From positions 324,074,001 to 324,138,000 of the forward strand of contig OZ024740.1 of NCBI GenBank assembly GCA_964016885.1: 64,000 nucleotides of DNA, given 5' to 3'. Positions within the stretch are counted from its first letter, which is position 1; every line of letters starts with the position of its first letter. Under the pieces are notes generated by a model. It searched no databases and was not told where the DNA came from. It saw only the letters and a list, made by a program, of their open reading frames with translations. Both the position numbers and the translations under genes were made by a program. Of this stretch, positions 1-12,722 are shown one piece after another. This DNA is from Eledone cirrhosa (Eukaryota).

Positions 1-95
1 TGGCGCATGCGCAAACTGAGCACGCAACCCACACACAAACAAAATGGCGTAGGATAGAAGAAAGGAAAGGCACAGAAACGAAGAAAGAAATCCCC

Positions 96-140
96 AGTCA
101 CTGAAGAGGTCACAGAGTGTGTGACGAAAGAACTATGACT
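96..140 (+). ncRNA. Minimal type-I hammerhead ribozyme candidate
   Basis: AGTCA / CTGAAGA / G / GTCAC-agagtgt-GTGAC / GAAA / G-aa-C / TA / TGACT. Stem I AGTCA:TGACT, 5-bp stem II, CUA cleavage triplet. One extra G precedes stem II. (TA)n follows immediately. Confidence 0.65.
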
Positions 141-354
141 ATATATATATATAAACAACTATCTGGTTGTGGAACCAACCAACCAACCAGAAATTTATAA
201 ATTTGTAAATTTATAAATATATATTAAATTAAATTGAAGTGAAAGCAACTGGTGCGTGTGTTTCTTATTGGCAACATGACCCTCCCAAAGTATAACAATA
301 TCGGTTTCAACACACGATTTCAGATAAAGAATCTTGCTAAACAAATTCAGAAAC

Positions 355-525
<171 letters not shown>

Positions 526-578
526 GAAAATATTCAAGACACCGACGGCAAAGCTGGTTCCTTACCACACTTCCTTCG

Positions 579-760
579 TGGATTGTCAGTATCCGTAGAG
601 GGTCGGACGCCATGCTTTGACGCATAGAGTTATGGCCCTTGCCATTCTCAGTTCAAATCCCGCCGAGGTTAACTTTGCCTTTCATCCTTACGGGGTCGAT
701 AAAATAAAGTACCAGTAATGTACTGGTTAATTTGCTGCCCTTGTGCCAAAAGTAGAAATA
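579..760 (+). mobile_element. tRNA-derived SINE, family A (type copy; about 20 copies in the window)
   Basis: tRNA-like head with B-box-like GTTCAAATC, then conserved CCCGCCGAGGTTAACTTTGCCTTTCATCCTTACGGGGTCGATAAAATAAAGTACCAG, recurring on both strands throughout the window. Confidence 0.85.
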
Positions 761-948
761 AGATTGTTTTGGTAAAAACAGGAGTAAGCAGGAGAAAGCA
801 CTCAACAATCTTTGTTTTAGTTACGATGGAGAAATTTATAAAATAATAAAATAAGATGCTGAAGTTACATGTAACGTCAGCAAAGTACCAGTAATGTACT
901 GGGTAATTTCTGGCCTTGTGCCAATAGTAGAAACAATTATATATATAT

Positions 949-972
949 AATTTAGCTCCATTTTTGCCTGAT

Positions 973-1024
<52 letters not shown>

Positions 1025-1062
1025 ATATATATAAACTAATCAGGCAAAAATGGAGCTAAATT
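949..1062. repeat. Inverted duplication flanking a (TA)n tract
   Basis: AATTTAGCTCCATTTTTGCCTGATTAGTTTA ... (TA)n ... TAAACTAATCAGGCAAAAATGGAGCTAAATT. Confidence 0.9.
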
Positions 1063-1816
1063 TCAAAGAAAGTGTAGTTAGTTTTAAGTCCTTTAAGCTA
1101 TACCCCACCCTCGTTCACTCATTTACCAATGGACAGACACAATAATTGCGCCTTCCCTCACACACTTTTTTCCTTTTCTTTTGACAATCTTTCAGTCTTC
1201 ATAGCTGATTGATTTTTATCATTGAAAGGGAATCTGATGGCGGCGGTAACTTAGGTTGTTTTTTGCTTCTTCTCCCTCTCGGTTGATGGCATGGCAAGAA
1301 ACTAAACATTATTGCACCGGTTGTTGTTGCTGATAACAGAAATAACAAGTGATAGGTCTTGCCTTTCATGTCACATGGAATCTCCGGAATTTTATCAACG
1401 TTTATTGGAATGTATTGAGAGCAGGGAGTAGGAGTGGAGGGGGGGGGGGGAGAAATAATGGGAGGAAAATCGAGTATAGGTCTAGTTTAAAGACATGACT
1501 AAATTGGGTTATTTTCCTTTCATTTTCCTTTCTTATTCCTTCCCATCACCGCGTTGTGGTGAAAGTGTTCGCTTCGCAACGACGTGGTTCTCAGTTCAAT
1601 CCCAGCACATGGTGGCCTCTTGGGCCAGTGTCTTCTACGATAGCTTCGAGTTGATGAATGCATTGTGTATGGAAACCATGCACTTATAGAACAGCAGTAA
1701 AATGACTACAATAACAACAACATGAACAGCAACAGTGACACCTCCATTCTTAACAACAGTATGAAAGACTACAAAAATTAAAACTGCATGCAGCAGTAAA
1801 AAATTTGAAATCTAAA

Positions 1817-2045
1817 CGTATGTGTGTGTATATATCTATGTGTGAGTGTATGTGTGCATGTGAATGTATGTGTGTGTGTGTGTATATATGTGTGCATGTG
1901 CATGCCTGTGTGAGTGTATGTGTGCATGTGAATGTCTGAGTGCGTGTGTATGTATCTATGTCTGAGTATGTATGCATGTGAATGTATGTGTCTGTGTGTC
2001 TGTGAGTGTATGTGTGTATCTATGTGAGTGTATATGTGCATGTTA

Positions 2046-2097
<52 letters not shown>

Positions 2098-2110
2098 ATG
2101 TGAATGTGTC

Positions 2111-2160
<50 letters not shown>

Positions 2161-2172
2161 CATGTGAATGTA

Positions 2173-2224
<52 letters not shown>

Positions 2225-2244
2225 AGTGTGTACATATGAATGTC

Positions 2245-2302
<58 letters not shown>

Positions 2303-2374
2303 AGTGTGTACATGTGAATGTCTGTGTGTATGTATATCTATGTGTGACTGTGTGCATGTGAATGTATGTGTGTA

Positions 2375-2413
<39 letters not shown>

Positions 2414-2446
2414 GTGTGTGAGTGTGTGTGTGTGCGTGTGCGTGTG
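1817..2446. repeat. Compound (TG)n/(TA)n microsatellite with a recurring GCATGTGAATGT unit
   Basis: Direct reading. Confidence 0.9.
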
Positions 2447-2627
2447 TCAACGTTGTTGTCAAGATGACATTAATATGTCTCAACATTTCAAGTTATAGCA
2501 GCAACTCAATAATGGAACAGTTGAAATAAGAACTACAGTTGAAGATCTATTTAGTGTGCTCATTAATTAAATCTAGTCAGTCCACCGTTGATTAGTCACG
2601 TGGTCAATTATCTGTCTGTTGTCACGT

Positions 2628-2686
2628 ACACCACCACCACCACCACCACCATTATTACTACTACTACTGTTACCACTACCACCACT

Positions 2687-2722
<36 letters not shown>

Positions 2723-2729
2723 GTTACCA

Positions 2730-2782
<53 letters not shown>

Positions 2783-2789
2783 GTTACCA

Positions 2790-2839
<50 letters not shown>

Positions 2840-2869
2840 GTTACCACTACCACTACCACTACTACTACT
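2628..2869. repeat. (CAC)n/(TAC)n trinucleotide array
   Basis: Direct reading; source of the poly-Thr/Val/Leu ORFs. Confidence 0.95.
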
Positions 2870-3174
2870 AGAACTGCAATTATTGGTGTCTGATTGTTGA
2901 TACAGTTAATTTTAATGACAAAGTTAGTATCAGTAATACTACCATCACTTCTATTATGGTAGTACAACTGTAGTTAATGGTGACTCTGCATTTAGTATCA
3001 ACACTCACATCACTAATACTGCAGCTAACACGGCAGTTCTGGGTGGCTGTTTGTTGGTACAGTTAATATTTCGTGTCGCTGTATCTATTGTTACCCCTAA
3101 CACCATTATTGGGTTGTTGACAATATGTATGTTGGCGACACTGCGTTTAATGTCACACCACTGGCACCATCGTT

Positions 3175-3852
3175 ACGGGGTCGATAAATAAAGTAGCAGT
3201 AATGCACTGGGGTCGATTTAATCGACTTTCCCCTTCCCCCAAAATGTTGGCCTTGTGCCTAAATAATTGGCAGTATCGGTAGAGGGTCGGACGCCATGCT
3301 TTGCAGAATGGAGTTACCACCCTTTACGATCTGAGTTCAAATCACGCCGAGGTTAACTTTGCCGTTCATCCTTACGAGATCGATAAAATAAAGTACCAGT
3401 AATGCACTTGGATAATTGCTGGCCTTGTGTCAAAAGTAGAAACAATTATTACTCTAGCGTCAGACGCTATGCTTCGCAGCATAAAGTTACGGACCTTTAC
3501 GTTCCGAGTTCAAATCACGCCGAGGTTAGCTTTGCCTTTCATCTTTACGGGTTCGATAAAATAAAGCACCAGTAATACACTGAGGTTGATTCAATCGATT
3601 TTCCACATCCCTTCAAATTTCTCGCCTTGTGTCTAAAGTAAAAACATTTATTACTCTAGTAACTAGTATTAGTTATTGATGTCTCTATGTTGTGGTACAA
3701 TGTCTATTACTCTAACACATTTACCAATTTATTTATGATAAAAACTGAATAAAGATGATGTTATTTACAGTAACAAGGCCAGCAATTACCCCAGTACATT
3801 ACTGGTACTTTATTTTATCGATCCCGTAAGGATGAAAGGCAAAGTTAACCTC
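3175..3852. mobile_element. Cluster of SINE family A copies (three on +, one partial on -)
   Basis: Core GGGGTCGATAAA..AGTACCAG and head repeated near 3175, 3267 and 3457; reverse copy at about 3770-3852. They lie inside a decayed ~90-bp tandem array (about 2870-4320). Confidence 0.8.
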
Positions 3853-4732
3853 TAATAATGACAACTATAATGACGGCAATAACAAAAAAAGGGAAAGAAA
3901 AGGAAAGAAAGAATAGGGAAATATAGAGAGAAAGAAAGAAGAAAAAGAAGGGGAGGGGATGGGATGGCAAGAGCTCTGGTGTCGTAGAAAAGAGGGGAAG
4001 GGGTGAAGGGGAACGGTGATTATGCTTTGGGCCTCAGACAAGAGGGCAGAAGTGCTGCACGCCGCGGACAAGACGGCAAAAACATTCCCGCGGACGATGG
4101 CCTGTGACACCCGCTGCAACAGCCACCCAACCTAACAAATAGTACTGCAGTCGTTGGTGTCTATATGTTGGTACATATAATGTTACTGATACTGCATATA
4201 ATGTCACACCACTGGCACCATTACTAATCTAGTAACCAGTACAGCAGTTATTGGCGTCTCTATGTTTGTACACATAATCTTGGTGACACTGTATTTAATG
4301 TTCCCACCAAAACTATTACTTTAAAACAGTCATGGGCAACCTGCGACCCGCGAAGCTTTCTGAATGGTGCGCCTAAGTCGCCTAAGTGAAATCTTTTAGA
4401 TTTTTTTACCCCAACTTTTCAGTCGTAATTTATCTTTCTATCATTTTTTACGGTCGAGGAAAACAACGTTGTACGAATTCGGAGGAAACAAATCAAAACA
4501 AACCATTGCTTTGTACGTGTGTGTGGAAGCGGCTGTGTATGGGTGAGTGAAGCACACACAAGCATACGTAATCACATACAAACACAAATTATGTACACAC
4601 GCATATATATATATACATACACACACATACACTTATTATATATACATATATACACAAGCGTTAACCTAATATATTCTTTTCATATACTCTACCGATTGTG
4701 TTGTTATTTCTGTTACCTTTTACATACATATA

Positions 4733-4942
4733 TAGGAAAATGTTTAACCCCGACGGCAGAGCTCAAGCCGTTTCGACGGCTATTTTTGGACTAACTATTT
4801 CTGTAGTCCAGAAATAGCCGTCGAAACGGCTTGACCTCTGCCGTCGGGGTTAAACATTTTCCTATTACCCACTCTACTATCTAAAGTATTGAGTACTCTG
4901 GTGCGTTATGGTCCATCTGGTTCCATACCACACTTCCTTCGT
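4733..4942 (+). mobile_element. Palindromic (TA)n-associated element, family P (60-bp-arm hairpin plus ~80-bp tail)
   Basis: Arms 4733-4793 and 4804-4864 are near-perfect reverse complements. The tail TTACCCACTCTAC..ATTGAGTACTCTGGTGCG..CCACACTTCCTTCGT is shared with other copies. Confidence 0.85.
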
Positions 4943-5182
4943 TATATATATATATAACAGCATTTTGTATATAAGCTTTGGAACCTTGAGTGAGTTGAAA
5001 GGCTTAGAAATGTAGAAAACGCACATAGACGTTTATAGGGGTATTTTACCCGATTTTCTAACACTGTTAATAGCTATTTTCTTGCATTCGAGATTTCCTA
5101 CATTTCTAAACACACAGACACACGCGCGTTTGCAATATGAAAACTTAACTTAATAGTCGCCAAGCTTTCCCTTCTAACAGTA

Positions 5183-5253
<71 letters not shown>

Positions 5254-5599
5254 ATATACCCTTCTACATAGATGCATATAGGTCAGCTAGATATTATTCT
5301 CTCCATGACTCCACATACCTACCTATCTACACACCCTATTTCTGTTTACTGATCTGAACTCTATCATATCACCCCATGTTTCATTAACTTCTACATCTGA
5401 TCATCAGACAACCTTAACGAGTCTAACAGACACATATTCTACTATCAACATATCTCTCCTTACTTCCTGGTTCCTCTTGTTGTTGTCGATGGCGATGCAG
5501 TTGTTGTTGCTGCCGATTCTGTTGCTGATTTTGTTAGTGGAGCTGTTGGTGTGTATATAGGCTAGTGGGAGTTTTACGGTTGATCGTATTTACAAACAG

Positions 5600-5638
<39 letters not shown>

Positions 5639-5715
5639 TAATCAACCAACACCTTGGAGAAAATGTTCTTATCCAATGTTAACAGTTACACGCGCACACA
5701 TTTTATATAGAGAGG

Positions 5716-5765
5716 GTTTCAGAAGATCCCGTAAAAGGGTAAAAGCACCGATCCATTGCTTGAAC
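5716..5765 (+). ncRNA. Decayed copy of the CAGAAGA-core hammerhead-like family
   Basis: GTTT CAGAAGA T CCC gtaaaa GGG T AAAA GCA..TGC TT GAAC; homologous to 47873 and 55631, but GAAA is changed to AAAA. Confidence 0.45.
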
Positions 5766-5782
5766 TTTAATCTGTACATATG

Positions 5783-5837
<55 letters not shown>

Positions 5838-5907
5838 ACTCCCAAGAGCGTGAAACTAATAAACCTTTGTTCGTACTGCCTCTCTCTTTTGTTCCCGTTC
5901 AATTTTT

Positions 5908-5949
<42 letters not shown>

Positions 5950-6116
5950 ACGTATATACATATATGTGTACAGACGCACAGTAGTATGTATATATATATA
6001 CATACATGCACACATATATATGTACGTATGGGTTTACCGAACATTTATTATAATGCTCGGTTTGTTTGGTATCAACCGTACTAAGAGTGAGAAATGAAAT
6101 TTCGTTTAATTCTTTT

Positions 6117-6190
<74 letters not shown>

Positions 6191-6754
6191 GTATAGCAAT
6201 GTATATCCACTGTATATATATATACAGTGGAAGATAAACACAGATACACTGCATATATGTCTACACGGGTATACACACTTCGTCTCTGCTTTATTTCTTT
6301 AGATTTTATTAAACACATCTTCACGCTCCCTGCATAACTACAAATACAGATGCAACACATAAATACACACATTCAAGCACACAAATACTTATATACAAGC
6401 ACACACATATTCATATACAAACATACTTGCATTTCTCACTCATCTTACTCCTACACAAAGAAATCATATACGACAGGTTTGACTTCATACAAAGTCTAGT
6501 TGTATAAAAGCTAAGAAACTAATTACTTCAAACTATTTGTAGCTATGTATATTTTGTCACCAACAAACCTGAAATAGGGAACCCCGTTCATTGAAATATA
6601 ACCTCACTTGGCCTAGTAGGTAGAGGCAGTGGATTCACAATGAATGTTGTGAATTCAATACCTAGACCATGCAGTACCTTGTGCTCTTGATCAAGATACT
6701 TCATTTCAGTAGCTTTTCATGATAGACAAATACAACCTTGTAACAAGCCTGAAA

Positions 6755-7100
6755 AATCTACATTAAATGTGAACTCTAAGAACAACAACACATAATACAA
6801 CTGGGGCCCTTATTATTAAAACATACGAAAAAACCTCCTGTGAGATACAACGTTGCACGAGGTTAGATAAACCTACATGGGTGTGATCTCTAACAACATA
6901 ATACTACTGGAACCCTTATTTTTAAAACATACGGAAACAAATCCTATGAGATACAACGTTGTACGAAGCTAGCTAAATCTACATAGGTGTGAACTGTAAC
7001 AAAAACAACATGATACGATTAAGGTTCTTATCATTAAAATACCCCAGAAAGCTCCTGTGAGATACAATCTCGTAGGTCAGCTAAATCTTCATGGGTGTGG
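6755..7100. repeat. Diverged ~110-bp tandem repeat, about 3 copies
   Basis: Recurring TGAGATACAA / AAATCTACAT / CTTAT..TTAAAA motifs at ~110-bp spacing. Confidence 0.75.
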
Positions 7101-7520
7101 GCTGTAAATTTCATTTGATTCTGTTTTTAATTCTTGTCATCTCACAACATCCCTTTATGCTACAGGAATAATTTGATGACGGGTTGTATTGCGGTCGGAC
7201 AAAACAAACAACAAGATGGACTCTTCTTTTTTTTTTACTGATTACAGGTAATAGACTGCGATCATGCTGGGGCAAAGCTTGAACAAGAAGACCGGCATCT
7301 TTGAAATATATCCCTCTTTGGTATGTTATCTCACCACATCTCTTTACACTACGGGAATACTTTGAAGACGAGCCTTATAAACAAAAACAAAAGGGAGGAT
7401 AGGAATACTGAAGAATAAACTAATGGAAACAACGAGGACGTTTAGTTGGGAAGGAAACATACGCACACACACCCCTCTCTTTCTCTATCCCTATCTTACA
7501 CACACATTATCTCTCTCCCT

Positions 7521-7632
<112 letters not shown>

Positions 7633-8087
7633 CTTACACACATTCAATGAATATCACATACGATGAATATCAAGGGAGCCAAAAATATATTTATGCAATT
7701 CACATCCTGCAATCTTTCCATTTTTATCCATTTGCAGCTGTTCATACTGGAGGATTGGGGGGGGGGGGGGTCTTTTACCAAAGGGGTTTCTATTGGCATA
7801 TATTAGTACATCGTGGAGAAATGTGGGGATGTTAAAACTGACGTTTCGAGAGAAACATTGTTTAAATGACTATGGTGCCATTGAGCACATAGATAGGTAT
7901 ATTGGGTGCGATTATATACATATAAATATCTATGGTAGCACATACCATATGGTTTTGCTCAGTTCTACCTACCATACATATTTAAATGCCTATAGTAACA
8001 GAATACACATACTACATTGTATGGCAACACTTTACATACACGTTTACTCAATGCTACCACTACACAATCTGATGTCTATGATAGCAA

Positions 8088-9036
8088 TCTATATATATAA
8101 AACTGTGGTTGTCTGTCTGTCTATCGATTTTTGGCACACATCTGCTCTTAGAATCTCTCACGGAATTGCACCGAAATTGCTATACTTGTACATTGAGCCC
8201 TAGCGAAGACATCAGAAAAAAAAATATTTCAAATTGACCCACCCTATGTGACGAAATCGAATATAATGTATCGATTTTTGAGCGTAAGTTATCAGTTATT
8301 TCCCTTTGTTCTGTTTACATTGAGCGTCTTACGTAAAAAATTACGCTGGCTTTCTCAGCGTTTACGAACAGTTGTCGAGCCAGCAAAATATTGACCTGCA
8401 AAATTCATCAGTTCGAACACTAAGCTTCCGTTTTGCTTCATTTCCATTTAAAAGCATTTTAAAACAATATTTTTACTTGAAAACAAGTCTATTTAAAGAC
8501 TACGTAAAACAAGCAAATATTTCGTCGTTAGGCGTGCAGACAGACAGTCGTGCAGAGAGGTGATATACGCGTGCAGACAGACAGTCGTGCAGAGAGGTGA
8601 TATAGGCGTGCAGACAGACAGTCGTGCAGAGAGGTGATATAGGCGTGCAGACAGACAGTCGTGCAGAGAGGTGATATAGGCGTGCAGACAGACAGTCGTG
8701 CAGAGAGGTGATATAGGCGTGCAGACAGACATAACTGATAATTTGGTTACGCTAATGTTTTTCTCTGCGTTGCAGTGTTTACATTTTCGATCTTTGTTAA
8801 TAAATAACCAGTGCAGTTTCTATCCCCAGCATCCTCTTTTGTTATAACATTCGGGTTATCGTTATGTTTTCTTAACTTCATAAGGCATATTGTTGGTTGA
8901 GGGAATATTAATCAAAAACACCACATGCAAGTCTGCACAGTAGACACTACAGTTTTTAAGCCAAGAAAGAAACTTAACATTGTAACTTTAACACAGCTAC
9001 TGAGCGACCCCGAGCAACGCCGGGCTTTACTGCTAG
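8088..9036 (+). mobile_element. Non-autonomous Helitron
   Basis: 5' A|TCTATATATATAAAACTG..GTCTGTCTGTC; 3' hairpin CCCGAGCAACGCCGGG then CTAG|T. No TSD; inserted between A and T. Confidence 0.85.
8530..8730. repeat. 37-bp minisatellite (~5.4 copies) inside the Helitron
   Basis: Unit AGGCGTGCAGACAGACAGTCGTGCAGAGAGGTGATAT. Confidence 0.95.
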
Positions 9037-9411
9037 TGCACATATATATTAATTCAGTGCTACCATACATATACAACTGTCTATGGTAGCACAATACATA
9101 TTCGTTTGCTGAGAGTAAACATACATATAAATTCAAATGTCTGTTCTCGCTATAAATATTTTCAGCGAAATGCCATGGTTCAACGAGCTTGAAAGCGTTA
9201 AACTTCCCTCAGTTTTGAAGACGTGTGCTCCAGCCGATCCAATCAACGAAACAGCCTGCTTGTGAATTTAACGTGCAAGTGGCAGAGCATTCCAAAGACA
9301 CGTATTCTCTTCGTGTAGTTCGCAGGGAGATTCAGCGAGACCAGTGTATGATAAGACTAGCCTATTAAACTACAGATACATCTAATAAAGTGAGTTTGGA
9401 TATATATATAT

Positions 9412-9843
9412 GGTGGCTGCCAACTCGTTTTCGAGTATGGCCACTACTTTATATCCATGTAGGAGAACCCCTACCGATGCGCTGAACGAGTGTGACTTTT
9501 TAGTCCAGCCAGCGACTTGAAAACTCTGGTACAAACACTACACCTGTGACAATTATTGACACATAGTGCTGGGCCCATGGTACCATGTGACGACAAGTGC
9601 AGAGAGATCTCCAGATATAAAGCAATGCCTGTGCCGTGAAGCTTTTATAGTGAGCAAAGGCACTGCACAAAGCCAGTCCCACCCTCTTAACCTAGATTAT
9701 ATTTACCAAAAAGAAGAACAAAAGGCAAAGGGGCTCTTAATAGTCAATATCCATCCAAAATCACCGGGAGAGATGACCCCTTATCCTTTGTCAAGGCAGA
9801 ATTCTAGGAGAAGTAAAACTGATATAACACCTGCAACACTGAT
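9412..9843 (-). mobile_element. Short RTE-derived retroelement, copy with inverted 5' segment
   Basis: 9412-9721 matches 24239-24540 in the same orientation; 9722-9843 matches about 24559-24682 in the reverse orientation. Confidence 0.75.
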
Positions 9844-10010
9844 ATATATTGATATACATACATATATATATATATATACACATACATACTACCACAGATG
9901 TCCGACGAGCTATTGATTTCATAGTCGGGCTAGATCGAACCTTGAACTGATCAATAGAGAAACGGGCTTCACCAACCAATAAACGCAATGAAGGAGTAAC
10001 CATTCGCCCT

Positions 10011-10110
<100 letters not shown>

Positions 10111-10449
10111 CCAAGCTCACTTACGGGTAGTCTTAGATTTCACGTCTCAAGATTATGTATGCCAAAGATGAATTATACACTCAGACAGACACATTCACAA
10201 CTCTACATAAACTTATAAATCGACATAACATATTTTATTTGGTGATTGCCTGAATCTGCTAAACATATGTAATATAGTTTATAATATCCAATAAGATCAC
10301 ACACACACACACAAATATCGGTACAAACGAAAGAAAAGGCAATCAACACAGTGAAAAAATTGAGAGTATATAAGCTGTTTGAGGTTATGTGTGTGTGTAT
10401 ATATGTGTGGATGTATGCATATATATATATATATATATAATGTAGAGCG

Positions 10450-10525
<76 letters not shown>

Positions 10526-10885
10526 GATTTCATTTATTTAATAAATAAGATATATGGATGTTTTTTGATTAAGGCAAGAATCGATCTTTGAAGAAAGTTG
10601 ATCGTGAAATATTCATGGTGTGAAACAGGAACACAACTTAATCGAAGAAAATTAATATGGCTGACAGATTCATATATCAAAGTAGTTTAATATTTTGATT
10701 TATGAAGCGCCGTCATAGCTGTAAGGTTAAGTATTTTGCTGGTGGTTTCGGGTTCTAACACACCGCGGGAAGAACTTTGTCAACTGTATTTCTACTATAG
10801 CACCGGGTCCACCAATACCTTAACGGAGAAATTTGGTAGAAGAAAAGTATTGGGGAACCCAGGTGTGTCTCTGTGAGTGCGTATG

Positions 10886-11095
10886 AAGGCGCGTGGCTGA
10901 GTAGTAAGAGAATTGGATTGTGAGGTTGTGAATTCGGTTCTTGGACCGGGTGATGCGTTATGTCCTTGAGCAAGACACTTTATTTCACATTGCTCCTTCT
11001 ACCTGTATTTGCGATCGATAGAGAGTATTATCAACTGGAAAGACCAATGGAAACATTGTTTCCTCGGCCCAATTTGACGAAAGTCGATCGACTGT
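10886..11095 (+). mobile_element. tRNA-headed CORE-type SINE, family B
   Basis: GAAGGCGCGTGGCTGAGTAGTAAG head and GTCCTTGAGCAAGACACTTTATTTCAC core resembling the CORE motif. Confidence 0.7.
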
Positions 11096-11122
11096 CACAC
11101 ACACACATTATATAATATATAT

Positions 11123-11168
<46 letters not shown>

Positions 11169-11171
<3 letters not shown>

Positions 11172-11312
11172 CTGTGCTGGTGAGACCGGGGAGACTCAAA
11201 TAATGGAAGTACTCAATGCATGGGGAGGTGTAAAATCCCGACGGCGGTGCCAAACGGATTCAGCTTGTGTGTTCACAAGCCGAAAACGCTTGGTACCCTA
11301 GTCGGGATTTTA
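11169..11312 (-). mobile_element. Microsatellite-anchored hairpin element, family Q
   Basis: Hairpin 11231-11312 (TAAAATCCCGAC..GTCGGGATTTTA). Tail homologous to about 33800-33890 and 52945-53005. Confidence 0.6.
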
Positions 11313-11538
11313 TATCTCTCTCTCTCATATTTGTGTGTGTCCGTGTTTGTTTTTTGTTTGACCACTTGACCATGTACGGTAAGTATTGGGTTTCATAAAG
11401 AGATCGATGAAATACTGGGGTTGCATGTATCCATCCAGTTTTTAAAGGACAGACTTAATCCCTCGCCCATTTTATCACTACCACCTCGCTTTTGGGCGCT
11501 CTAACATTCTAGCTAGTGTCCAGCCTCAAGATAATTCT

Positions 11539-11790
11539 GAAGGTGTGCGATCCAGTGGTTACAGTGTTCAGCTCATGACCGTAATGTCACGGGTTCGATT
11601 CAGGATATAGGTGACACATTGTTTTCCTGAGCAAACATTCCATTTCGTATCGCTCAGCTTTAAACAACAGTAGCAGCATCTGTCGGTTACCTGTGTAGTC
11701 GACTAGCGTCCCGTCATGGGAAGTAAAGGCATATATTCGAAGTTGATTAACGCCGCATGAAGCAGGGGTAAGCTCGGGCCTGACGAGCCT
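11539..11790 (+). mobile_element. Degenerate CORE-type SINE
   Basis: GAAGGTG..CAGTGGTTA head, GGGTTCGATTC B-box, TTCCTGAGCAAACA core. Confidence 0.55.
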
Positions 11791-12650
11791 TCACAGACTT
11801 TAATTTATCATGTAACGAAACTTTGTGGCTCCAAAAAAGTTCACTATTTTGTGGGTTCAATTCCCACGCTGTAACCGGGCGTCCACACACCTGAAAAGGG
11901 GTGCCAGTGGCAACAGCAATAGTTAGGACTAGACCAGCAATTAACATGCGTTCTGTCTCGTCCAAAGGAGTGAAGTATAGCAATGACAATAAACCCGGGG
12001 TAAGTTCCAGCCTGATGAGCCACTAACATTGGGGCAGGGACAAATTTTAACAATTCTTTAATCCTGGTAGTATATTTCTTTTTTGAACTAAGACAAAAAG
12101 AATGTAAAAGGTGTGTGCGTTACCCCAGACAATATCTACCAAGCTGTGAGTAAAGGTACTTAAAGATTCCCTTCTCTCAGTCTACATACCTTACAAAGGA
12201 GCAGGTAATACCGGTGAAGAGTCGAATGACTTAGCAACTTAGCAGAAGAGTACATAAAAAAACAAAAAGCACCAGACAGAGAGACACACACATATCGACA
12301 GAGACAGGCAGTAAGATAGACAGACAGACAGATAGACAGACAGACAGACAGAGAAACAGACTGACAGAGAAATAGACAGAGGGACAGGCGTAAGTGATGA
12401 GAAAAACAAAACAAACAAAAAATAAAGGTTAAATAAAAAGCAAATTATAGAAATAACAAGGTACGATAAAACCTACTACAAAAAAATATAAAATTGATGC
12501 GAAATGGGTAAAACAATTACAGTTTTACGACACCTAGACGGCTGTTTTCTTGAGCTCATTTACAGAGCCAGGGCAGGCAACCATCATTAAATACAACAAA
12601 CAGTACAATAACTAAGTAAATAAATATATTACAAACAAGCTAGCCTTATG

Positions 12651-12722
<72 letters not shown>

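Noticed and set aside
579-670. tRNA gene
   Set aside because: A/B-box-like heads belong to multi-copy SINEs, and no complete cloverleaf is evident.
4327-4352. hAT-like terminus CAGTCATGGGCAACCTGCGACCCGCG
   Set aside because: No matching opposite end or TSD was found.
9895-9980. CCGACGA..long stem..GAAA hammerhead-like motif
   Set aside because: There is no convincing stem I or cleavage triplet.
11775-12030. CTGACGAGCC / CTGATGAGCC as hammerhead cores
   Set aside because: There is no downstream GAAA with paired stems; they are part of SINE tails.
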